The position numbers and the translations under genes were made by a program. A DNA stretch of 64,000 nt from Pavona decussata (taxonomy: Eukaryota), in contig CDRNST010000186.1 in the NCBI GenBank assembly GCA_977016875.1, positions 2,542,001-2,606,000 on the forward strand, written 5' to 3'. How positions within the stretch are numbered: the first letter of the stretch is position 1; the number at the start of each line of letters is the position of its first letter. Shown piece after piece: positions 11,901 to 24,300 of this stretch. The notes below the pieces were generated by a model. The model searched no databases, was not told the DNA's origin, and saw nothing but the letters and a program-made list of their open reading frames with translations.

Positions 11901-14900
11901 TCATACAGACGTTACCATTATCGGTGAATATACAAATAATTTAAGTGCAAGTTGACACATAAAACCTATGAAAAAGAAGTTTAAAAGATTTCAAATAAAA
12001 TACATGATACCAAGTAAAAAAATTCCTTGGGGAGCATTTTAACCCCATTATATTATTACTGTCTAGCTCCTATGTGCTTCTTTAGGCCTAATCAAACGTT
12101 CAGATGGATTTCTCTAATCTCATTGATACCACCAACTAGTCGGTGATACTACCCAATTTTCGTGTTACATAGCGATTGAAGTGAGACATTATCTCATGCG
12201 TTTTAAATGTTTACATGACGAGCTCCCCTAGAGTTTGAAAGCTTACAACAAGTTGGAACAGAATTTTACCTGTCCGGATATTCTAGCGAAAAGCTATCTT
12301 TACGAAAATAGTGAATCTATAGATACCTCCTGCACAGTTTGTAGGCGCCATTTGTAACTCCCGGTGGGGAAGGTCTGTACCATAGCTGTGGTGAAGATTG
12401 GCTAGAAGAACAACTTTCGCTCGTTGCCTTTCCAAGTGATCTCATGAGAGTTTCTCGTGGAGTTGGAAGAACTAACATATATGGAAAAAAAAAAAAACAA
12501 ACACAAATGCCTCTTATAGCCAATTTCTCCTCACACCTAATTTTTTTAGTCTGATGCAAATAAAATGAACTGTTTGCTCTAAAATTCAGTGATTCTGATG
12601 TCTAGTGTTCTAGTGCCTAGCAGCGAACTTCGAAAACTTACCCCCTTCTCTCTCCATTGTCCACATGAGTAATTCTACTTGACCGTGAGGAAACGAGCAC
12701 GTTGTCCTTAGACAGCTGTTTACAGCATATTGACGGCATACTGAGAAGGCCACATTTGCACGTACTTTTTCGATTGGATATGACCTAATAACTTGCCACT
12801 CTTTACTGTTATCATTCCAGAAAGCGTACTTTAGTTTTGAGCGATTCTCACAGCCTTTGCAGGCCTTAGTCTTTTCGTAGATGCTTGCTGGTCTCTTAAG
12901 ATGCTTTTGGAGGAAGTCGTCACAGACAACGAATACATTATCTGGTATCTTTCTGGAATCGTTCAATGAGTAAGGAGGTTGTTCAGCAACTGTCTTCTTA
13001 GATGTCAGGCCGCCACTTTGAAGCATTTTGGAAGTCTCAGTGGTCAAGTTATCCAAGGATGGGGCAGGTGTCGATCTTCCAGATGCGTTAGAATGCGTAA
13101 CCGTCGAGGACGGCCTGGTGTTTTCGAAGTTATTTGTGGGAATCCTTTCCGTAGAATTAACCCCTGTACCTATCATCTGGGTAAGTACCTCAGGTCGAGT
13201 GGGGAAGGTGGAGGAGGACGCATTCCTAGGTATATGTGCAGTGGACCTTTGAGTGTTGGAAGCAGCCTCCACTTCAGCTATTTGAGAAGACACTATCATG
13301 GGTTTCGCCGCGGACAAGACTTCACTAAACGAAGCACCAGATGTATCCTTAGAAGTCCACACTGAAGTCGTAGTATTGCAAGTGGTTTTTGTCATAGCTG
13401 TTTGCGAGGAAACAGCTCCTAACATGGGGAATTCTTCCATAGCTGTCAATGTCAAGCTGGAAGAGACAGCAAAATCATCTCTTCTTTCTTGTGAGGTACC
13501 TGTGTTCGGTACAGGAGGATGTGTGGTCGACGATTCTCGAGCTGATGACAAAATTCTCCTGGATAAAGCGCCGACTGAAAAACTTTCTTGAGGTGTAGGA
13601 AGAACTGTTGAGAAGTTAGAAACATTTAAGACGTAAGGTAGAAGCATTCAAAGATTGTCAATCAAGTAAAGTAAAATAACTTTGAATTTGTTCTTTGAAG
13701 TCTGCCATCTTATTCTCAATTTCTTAGCAGAAGGTGACGCAAGTTAAAAAGTCACTCCATCCTGGAGTTTCTGTTAAACCATCGAGATTTTACCCCTGTA
13801 GCTTCTAATGGGTACCCATTTTTACAACCGAAGCAGTGAGGGTTGACCGGAGATGCTAAGCATCTAAAAGATGGCACTCGAATAATGACTAAAGACATCC
13901 ACCTTCCAATTTAGTTGCCATAGATCAGTGCTCCTTCTGAGTTCTCACAAGACTGGCATCACTATTTTTAATGAATGAAACGTGATTAATATACTCACCA
14001 CCTTGCCGTTCCATTGTCCACATAGTTAATTCAACTTTTCCATGAGGAAAGGTACATGGTTCCTTTGGACAACGCATGTTAGCGGAGAAATGTCGGCAGA
14101 CATCCAAAGTAACCTTTGGGTGAACCTTAAAAGCAGGGTATGGCCTTATTTCTTGCCAGTATCGCTTGATGTTGTTCCATAAAGCGTATTTCATCAGGCC
14201 ACGATTTTCACAAGCTTTACAGGTCTTGAGTGTACAAATGCCCCGTAGAAAGTGGTCACACACAACAAAGACCCCCTCAGGAATCTTTCTAGAATCATTG
14301 AACTCCAGCGGTTGCCTAGCAAGAGGACTTTCTGACTTGTTGTTGGTTTTATAGTCCTCAGAAAGGGTGACTGGTTTGGAAGAGCTCTCACAACCTCCAT
14401 GCTTTGTCGAACAAGAAAGGAACGAATCCGTGCTGCTGCCACTACTAAGAGCACCAGGCATCCCTTGAGAAGAGATCTCTTCAAGTCGCTCAGTGTTGAT
14501 ATTTTTTGACTCCTCCCTTTCAGACCTCTGCGAAGTTTCCTGGAGTAGCGGTTTCATAGGCGGCGCTCTTAGCCCGTTAGATTCTTCAAAATTATCGCCT
14601 GCAATGTCAAAAGTGTTTTGAGGACCTTGAGCTGACATTTGAGATGAAACGTTCCCCAAGACGGGAAATTCAGAACAACTGGAGAGGTCTGGAATTTCTT
14701 CTTTTCTACGGGTTGCACTAGCCTGTACTTCGAGAATAGGGAGGTGATGAATCTGCTGCAGTTGTGTTTTTGTGCTCCGCTTAGGGACTGGCTGGGCTGT
14801 TGCTGCTTCATTTGGGGATGGTAATTCTGTGGTCATAATGGCTCTTTGCGGTGGTTGATCTTGAAGCTGGCGATGAGGATCTGGTACATTTGTGATAGCT

Positions 14901-17900
14901 GCTGATTTGGCTGCCTGCCCATAAGAACGGCGAGAGTATTGCACCTTAATAAAGTCATCAGGAAGCGAGTCTTCATCTTCACCCACAACTGAGGCCCTAA
15001 AGGTAGACGATAAGTTAGAAAAAGGTGTATTGATGTCTCTGTTGGTAAAGTCGGAATACCCCAGGCTTATATCTGTGTCTCCAATGACAGAATCCGTTTC
15101 TTGAGATTCATCTTCATCAGCGCTTCCATCAGGAGAGGGAGAGTTGGTGTTAGGCAATGGTTTCTGATTGGCTGAAATACAAGAAGTTCACATTATAAAT
15201 ATATACGGCCATCGCGCGAGGTATTCACCAAAGAAGAGGAAGATCAAGAAAAACATGGCTTTGCAAATATTAAGAAGTGGACGGGACTTAAATCAGTTAT
15301 AGTGGCAAGCATTGCGGATCGACGGGATTGGGCAGGCATTCTTGGGTCTCCAAAACTGGACCTACCGCCCCCGAAGGCTATAAAGAAATCATGTTGATTA
15401 CGCTGAGTATGTTTTCACTCTTTATCAATACTTAAAAGAAGGGTGCCAAAAAGCGTTGAAGCTCTCGCTGTGATGACTGAAGCCTTTGCAGTTTGTGTCC
15501 ATTAGCTGACCCTGATTTGACTGAAATATGTAGCACAATGGAATCCTCCCCAACAGATTATTGTGGAATGTTTGACGCTTTAAGTTAATCCCTATTATAT
15601 AAAGCGTTTAATTCTTCCTGCAGATGCTTTAGAGCTTTAGTTTTAAAAGTAAAGGTGGCAAACTTCATTTAACTGAGTAAACATTTGCGGTTCATCTTTT
15701 GTATTTCTTTAAGTGACATTTGTAACTTCCCTTAATAACGTGAAGTAATTACCAAAATTTGGGAAAATGGCGTGTAACTGGGTGATCTGATCTTTGCCCA
15801 ATAAGATGCGCGACTTGATGACTTCTTTTTTGCGGCGATAACTACTGCTGCAGCAAACAATTCAAAACACTTGGGAATCAATTGAAGACACATATGTTCC
15901 TTTCCGTACTCTCTCGGATTCAATGTTAGTTTTGACTCCTCTAAAATAGAATCGGCTTTGAGACCCAACTAGTGTGACCTGTAGAAATCACACAAGGAGT
16001 CTATTCAACTCCGGGTGGCCAAATCTTAATTCCTCACCTGAAGCACTTTTCGTTTTCTCCTGCGCCTTTTTCTTCTTCTTTTTCATTTTCTTCTGCTTGT
16101 TTTTCTTTCTCTTCTTTTCTATCTTGGCTGCAATTTAAAAAGAATGATCTCTAACAAAGCACGCACACTTTAAATTGGGCAACACGTGAATTCAAGCAAT
16201 GTCTTCCATAACTGAGAAAAAAGAATGAATAGGCCTCTTGGCACGGTCCAGGGTACAGGTAAAAAAAAAAGGTCAAATAATAGAGCGACATTATATACAG
16301 TTGTAAAAGAAAAAACGTACCATTATCCTTAGGTGCGACGCTTTGCTCTTCAGTTGCTGTTAAAATAATTTTTGGTTCTGTTAAAAACGAAACTCTTTGG
16401 CAAGAAAATAACTTAATTAAGTGGATCTCAAAAAGCAACAAATGATTGGATAAATGTTTACCATTTTCTTCAAGAGAAACAAAGTTGTCTTCTCTTTCCT
16501 CTTCAATATCCTTCTGTAAATTAAATCACAGCATATAAGCTTTACCCACTTTGTCAGAAAGTTGTATTTCTACCAATTTGTGGGTTTGCCGTATTTTCAG
16601 TGGCTTCCGTAAATATACATATACTTAATATACATGGCCCAGTTGTTCAAAGAGCGGGTAACTTTAACCAGTGGATAAAATGTATTGGTTGGAGTACATT
16701 TTATCCGCTGGATAGCGATCTATCTACTGGAAAGCAGTATCCGCTCTTTGAACAACCGAACCAGCCCAGGTCAATATCTAGTCAGTCTTGATAGCAGAAA
16801 TTGTCCTCCTACATCTTATAAACTGTTAAGTCTCACCTATATCTTTGATCGCCGTCCTCAACATCCCTTTCTCGTTGTTCAAAGAAAAAAATTGCTTGAC
16901 TGACAAGAAGGTAGGTACGATGTAAACATCACCTAGCATATTTCTCTTTTAAAGCTGCTACATCCAGATATCCATTCTATATTTCCCAACTGAATCAAAT
17001 TTTGTCTTTGGCCACGACTGGTGGATTTAGTGATGACGAGGCAGAACGGTTTGACTTATGAGAAATTCTACTTAATTGTTGTTTAAGTTATTTCGTGAGG
17101 GAAACATATTATTAACCCTTTCAATGGGGCTATTATTCTTTTTAGATTAGTATGCACTTGAGGATACTTTAGGAAGAGTCACATCAGCTTCCGACGCATC
17201 GCGTATCGATGACGTTAGGAAGTTTCCACTTTCTCAAGATTCAAGCGTACAAAAAAAATGAATAGTCCCATACCTTAGATGCAGAATTAGATGCACCTTG
17301 GTGGTTAGTCTTGTTCTTGTGCACTGTGGATGAACCCACTTGCAATTCATCCTACAGAGTTCAGAGATTTTATGGGAAACCAACAATTATTGATTACTGA
17401 AAATAAAGTGGATCCACTCTTCAGTGACCTCCCTCGTACATTGCCTAGTTCCTTGTACGGCCTTCTCCCGGGCTTTCACGATCAATTCGTTTCCAACCAT
17501 GTAACCTGAATCGGATAGAGACGAACAAGAGAGGGAGGCCTTGCAACTAGGCGTCCTTAGACAGCATTTAAGGACGGTGCCTACTTTGTTACTGCGCATA
17601 CGTTCTGTGCATCTCAAGATACTCTGGTTTCCTATGGGTGGCGCCTACTAATACTGGGATATTTTTGCGCGGTTTAAAACTATGTGGAGAAAGCAGAATT
17701 TAGCAAGTGCTTTCGGTATACAAAAAGAAAAATGGGGGTAACCATGCATTTTTCAGAGATAATAAACCTTTAATTTTGAAAAAAGAAAACGCCAAACATT
17801 GCTTTGAATTTTACTGCTTTTATCTCTAAAAAATGGGTAGTAACCCCCAATTTTCTTTTTGGACTCCAGTAGCCCATACTAAGATCTGCTTTTTCCGCAT

Positions 17901-20900
17901 AGTCATTAACCGAGCAAAAATACGTCGGTATTAGTAGGCACCGTCCTTAACGGTTATTACTGGCGGCCGTTTTGTAAAGGTATAAGTGTGAGTTAATTTG
18001 AGTACGTAAACGGATCGGTGGTCAGGACAAAAGAACATGAACTGACGCTGCAAAAAGAGAGCTGCCATGGAATAACAATTAGAGTGTTTGAGTGAATGTC
18101 ACAAGTGCTAGACGTACCTGAGAAAAGGCAGCCGTTTGTTGATCTCGACCTTCTGCTGACGAGTTTTCTATACCTACATCAGAATGCTGCTTTTCCACGG
18201 TGCTCTGCTTATAAAAAGAAACACTTGAGATTTGCAAGGATTGTCCGCTAAAACTGTGTTAACTTTTTAACTGGTGGTAGCCAATAAATATCTCAAACGT
18301 CTTTTAACGTCTGTAAATACTAAAAGCGTCTTTAGAAAAGCAATAAATTTTCATTTGCTTTTTATAAAAACAGCAAGACAAAACTACAAAAGTAACTTTA
18401 GCGGAGCAACACTTCTATTCGATTGTTCGGCTGTTGCTCGTAACAGATTAACACTTGTTATATACTTTGTCACCGCGTTTTGATATTTACCATCGCTTCA
18501 GTTTAAAAATTCCACACTTTTGGTTGTTGAAAGAACAAAATAACTAAGGGGGTGTGAAAATGTATTAAGGAACATACTCTGATCTATAGGCGGGAAAAGA
18601 AAAAGGTAAAGAGAATTCAAAATGTAAAGCTAGCTGTCCTATTTTGGATTCAAATCGGGAGGGAGGAGAGCGAGGGGGAGGCGGGGGGGGGGGGGGGGGA
18701 GAGGGGACTAGACAAGTTTTCATGGCTGTTGTGGAGAGGTCCCCGTTAGTTGGCCTAAAATAATATCACAAGTCCCAGAGGTACCTGAAGCAATACAGGC
18801 TGTTGATTGTGTCCTTTGGCTGACGCCGAGTTTGGTATTTCCGTATCAGGTTCTCGCTTTTCCGTTATGTTCTGATTACAAAAGTAAAAACACTTAAAAT
18901 TAAGGATTGCCAATAATTGCTGATACCCGAGAATAGTTTCAGTATAAAAATGAGAAAGGTTTATTTACTTTTATGGAAACAAATCGCCATGAAAAGGAAC
19001 AAGTACGACAACTTTGGAGCTTTTCTCAGTTTCATTGCTCGGCTATTGCTAATGAGAACTGAATCAAGTGGATCTTTCCAATCCTGACGGTAACGACACT
19101 GGTGTAAAACGCCTAAGTAGGTGGGGATTTGTGGATTTTGTCCTTTCATTTTGGAATTTCGTTGAAAAATTGATACACTAGATGTTCTGAAATTGGATAA
19201 CTGATTTAAATATTTATTCCGTAATTTACAACAGTACAATTTTTTTGAAATGCTCTTACGATAGAAGCTAAAAATTCAATTGATGTAAAACGTTGTAAAA
19301 TATATTTTACCATCTCTTGTTTTGTCCGTTCTGCTTTCTTCAAGCTTTGAGTAATTCGACGCATCATCGCGAGAGCTCTTTCGTTACCAGATTCAAAATA
19401 TAAAACTAAAAAAAGAAACAAATGAACACACTAAACCCGTTTTTCATGACATTGCAGAAACATTGTTCGTCTGAGACAACGTTAATTGTCCTGACTATGT
19501 GTCAAGTAGATCGTCCTTACAAGGCCTGTGCAACACGGAAGCAGTCTTGGTTTCGTCTTTCAAGACGCACCGTTTTGAATCGGTCATTATTCCAGTCGGC
19601 GAACTGCGGCGCACGTAACAATGTAGACTAAACTCTGCTTACATGGATAGTTTGCCTCCCCTGACTGCAAAAGTGATCTATGATTTTGCCCGGTGAGGGT
19701 AAAAGGCGGCATGAGTTTGCGGAATGGCATGTGGCATGACCTGCGGCATGGCATAATTATGCGAAATACGATACTTGCAGAATGACTTAAAGAAATAAAT
19801 TAAAAGGAGAGCGCGTCCTGTTTTCGCGCCAATTTTATAATTGTAGTTGTGGACTCCAAGCTGAATATTTAAAAACAACTAGACGACAGAAAGAGGATTA
19901 GAAAATACAAGTCAAGGGACTGAGTAAATTTAAGTTTCATGTTCGCTTTTCACCTTTTGACTTCCATGTAATTGACAAAGTTCAACTTGCGTACGTATCT
20001 CGCCGATAATGTATAAAGGTGAGAAAAAAAAGAACCTATTTCTGTCTTGAGTTTGTTACAAAATTTTTATTCGTTACAATAACCGTTAAATGTTCACAGC
20101 GTCTGACAAAGCAAAGGCCAAACGCATTTTTAAGTTCAATAACAGTTTCATACAAGAAAAGCGAAGAAACTTCCCAGCTTTTCCTGAAAGCTAACCTGGC
20201 CGGTTTGACAGCGAGCCGGAATAACTAACAAATACAATTTCCAAAAGCGGCAAAATTTGTTAAACATCGCATCGAGGAATATTTACCCCCTTAAATTAAA
20301 AAGATTGGCTATAAATATTCGTGATTTGAAACGGCGGGCGAAGAAAGTGCATTCGGTGGGTAGGTCACAGGTCAAGCTGTAAGTTGTAAGTTTCAGTGAC
20401 CCGACCGGCTGGGGAGGGTAGCGGGGTATTTTTCCTTACGACCCACATATTTTATTAGGCGTTAACACGACTATAGCTCGTTATATCTATGAAATAAAAT
20501 TCTGGGATAACAATGTGGAATTAGATAACAAATGCGATACGTGGTGGAAAAAAAAATTACCCGGCGGAGGTGCCGTGGCACCGGTGACTATAGACCACTA
20601 CATAATGTTTCAGCACTTTAATACCCGAGCCGAGGTCTCACCCAAACTGACTCGGGAAAAGGTAACATATACTTTTGATATTACTTCGTTTTTTCTTTAA
20701 CAAGACGTATATTAACATGATGAAGGGGATATTTTTTTTTCCACAAAAGGCGATTAACCATCTGCGAACGATCGTACGCGTCCGAGAGTAGGCCGCCCAA
20801 AGTCTACAATATTTTTCAAAATTACGGAGAAACCTCAGGCGTTCAATCAGCCAATCTTTAGCATGTGTTTAGGTATTAAAGGAACTATATACTAGAAAAT

Positions 20901-21296
20901 GTTCTGCTTGCTCCCGTCCTTCTGAGGTAAGTCATTGTGATAAATGCAAAAAGTGTCCGAGAATAGGCACATGTACTCCTATTTCCTTGAATGTGAGAAC
21001 AACAAACAGTATTCCAGTCATCGATTTCTTCACCCTCGCTTTTTCCTAACCACCGATCAGACATGTTCTATCCCAGCTGCAGGCTTGTATTTTCTCATCA
21101 GCCCATCTGTTGCATTTTCCGCAACATCGAAAAAGCTAATGCTCTTATATTAAAATTGGCGCCAAAAAGAGATGCACTTGTTTCTTTGAGTCATTCCGCA
21201 AGTATCGTATTTCGCATAATTTTGCCATGCCACATGCCATTTCGCAAACTCATGCCGCCTTTTACCCTAACAGGAAGTGCACGGCCAATCAAGCAT

Positions 21297-21369
<73 letters not shown>

Positions 21370-24300
21370 ACCGCAGTTACGTATGCAACATAAAACAACT
21401 GCTAATAAAAAAGAAAGCCTAAAAACCTTTCAGGTTTCAACGGGAATTCACGCCATGGATTCGAATCCCTTTGAAATGTTATTTTTCTAGGCTTTCTTTT
21501 TGAAGCTGCCTAAATTACGTACATAACTGCGATTTTATTCTTTCGCCCGCAGTTAAAACATATGGATTTCATAGATTTCACTTCCATACCCTTTGCGCAG
21601 TCATCTTTTGCTTCGCCGTGTCTTCNNNNNNNNNNNNNNNNNNNNNNNNNNNNNNNNNNNNNNNNNNNNNNNNNNNNNNNNNNNNNNNNNNNNNNNNNNN
21701 NNNNNNNNNNNNNNNNNNNNNNNNNNNNNNNNNNNNNNNNNNNNNNNNNNNNNNNNNNNNNNNNNNNNNNNNNNNNNCGATTAAAGTTGTACTATCAACT
21801 ACTTACCCTGTACGATATCTAAAAAAAATAACCGTCAGCATTGCTAGCTTCTGTTAGGATACTCAAGGAAGCATTTTACGACATGGAAAATAAGGTACGT
21901 TGTGAGGTTTTCTTTGTCAACTTGTTATTCCCAGTTGTGGTAACAAAGTAAAGACTTGACCAATGTTTTTTTTGCATGTCGCCGAAGGTAAACAGTGGAG
22001 GGTATAAGTATGATAATATTTTACCAGGTTCAGCAGACATTCCGCCCTCCTAAGCAGAACTCCAGGAAGAAACTTAAAGTATAGTAACTCCAGTAACTCG
22101 CTGAAATATTCTAAAGCTGCTTCCATTTTGTTACGTCTCATCTCTTCGTCGGCAAATTCCAGCATTGTTATCACTACATCATGAACCAGTTCATCATCCT
22201 GTTAACAAAGAATACATTTGAAAGTTTTTACGTTCTTTCCAAACTTTATGGCTTTTGCCCATGCAAATTCCTGGTGCAGTAGAGAAGCTAAAGAAAAAAG
22301 AAGGCAAAAAAGGAAACACCGTTGTGTTCATCTACGCATGGCGTAACTTGGCACTACACCTTGATATCAGCTAATTTTTTTGAGGTGGCCAAACACAATT
22401 TCCGACCACTGGTACGTAATTCATCACTGTTTTCGAACATTCCACGCTTTGTGTTGCTTTGCAAGTGTAGTATCGTACTGTTAGGACTGGGCACTAGGCC
22501 TATTGTATGCTGGGACTCTGCAGGCCCCGTTAAGTTTGTTCGGTCGATGCCAGCATGGCAGCTTTTGTTGTACGATAGTTTCATGGACTATTAAAACAAG
22601 TTACACAAATAAATGCCTCTCGTGTAACATGAACTAATAAATAGCGCAGCGCACCCAAACTGTGGTTGACCAATTTTATTAGGAATTCACCTTTTTTATC
22701 TCTTCACTGAGCTTTTCCTTTACCTCTTGTAAGGCCGTCAGGGTCTTTTCACACTGAAAATCAATTCACGGGTAACAGTCAAATGGATAAATTTACTCTA
22801 TTCGTGGCTCTCCCTTAAATGTTTCCTCCCTGGAGTCCTTTACTATAACGTGCCGAGAGTTCCAAAGAGTAACGGATGGGAAGGGGGTGGGGTCACAAGA
22901 CTAGGAGCCTGTCTCCATGTAGTTTTAATTAAAACACTTTAAGGTTGAGCTCCATACAGGTAAACACTTTTCTGAGGTCAAAATTTAAATGATTTGAGAT
23001 AAAAACAAGCGATAACAATGTCGAATGACGTTTCGACGACTCCGTGTCACTATTAAAATTTAAATGGAAACCACAATACTTGCTAAACAGGTAGGATTTG
23101 GTTTATTATTTTAGCATTTAGAATTGAACGTCAGATATTGCTTAGTGGATTACTTACATCTGGTCTCAAGTGTCTGCACAACACAGCATAAGGCAGTGCC
23201 TGAACATAATCTCCAAGACTTTCGATTGCTTTCATCTTGATGAAAAGTGATTTGATAACTAGGTTCAAGTTGTTGCTGCGTTTTGCAATTCCAATAGCTA
23301 ACAAATAAAGAAAAGAACCACATCATTTCCGATTATTAAAATCAGCTTCGTACAATAACTTGCCCAGTGTAAATAACTACAACGCAGAAACACAAAAAGG
23401 GATTACAAAGAGGAGAATATAATTGTGAATATATAAAATAAACACAGAATCTAGAACGTTAGAAATGATATAGATCCTTTACAGGGTGGGTGACGTAATA
23501 GAAAGCTAGAGTTTATTGCCAAGAAAATATTGTATTGTAGCTGAAAGAAAATACAAAAAACCTATTCCCTTTTTTAGGGTAAAGGTAGATACGAGATATA
23601 AGAGTTACAAACTACCCAGCAGCATCAGGAAGACGTTCATAGATTGCAGACAGATTAAAATCAGGGGAAGGTAGCCTTTATAAAAATCGTGCTTCATGCC
23701 TTTTAACTTGTCTATGATTTGTACTTTTCAAAGGTTGCTTTTTATACATCAATATACAAGATGTTACTTAAATAATCATGCAACTGAAAGCTGATCGGAT
23801 CATAAAAGGCACAGACATGTAATGTACTTAAAAAACTACCTGTTTCGCTGTCGTCAATAGCCTCAAAATATTTGCCCTGCGGGATAAGGAGGCACAGAAG
23901 TAGTTAGAACAGTTTGAACGGTTCATATCTCTCTTCAACGAAATGATAGTAGAAAATTTGCTGTTGCTCTTGCTACCTAATTGAGTGAGGGAGTGAGAGA
24001 AGCTAATGATAACAATTTTTGTCATAAAATTTGATCTGTGGGGCTGCGCTGGTCCATTGTTGCGGCAAAAAAGACTATTTTGATTGGTCCCCTAAGATGT
24101 CTGGAAGTTTTGGTACGGACAACCAATGCGGAGCGCCAGTGAGTCACTCTTACTTCACTGGCTTGTTTTAAGAAAAGTAAAGAGTTTCGTGTTTCAGTCG
24201 TAGGAACTTTTTCCTATACTTTCGAAGTGAGCAGCGATTGATATTTTAAAAATTAAATGTAATGCGCTTTCCATGCCCAACGCTAATGAGCCTGGAGAAT

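Noticed and set aside
15732-15978. 78-aa ORF as a possible extra exon of gene A
   Set aside because: Exons 16038 and 15171 already join in phase; no motif support.
21063-21422. 119-aa ORF with poly-ER
   Set aside because: Translation of a transposon TIR plus the (AG)n microsatellite.
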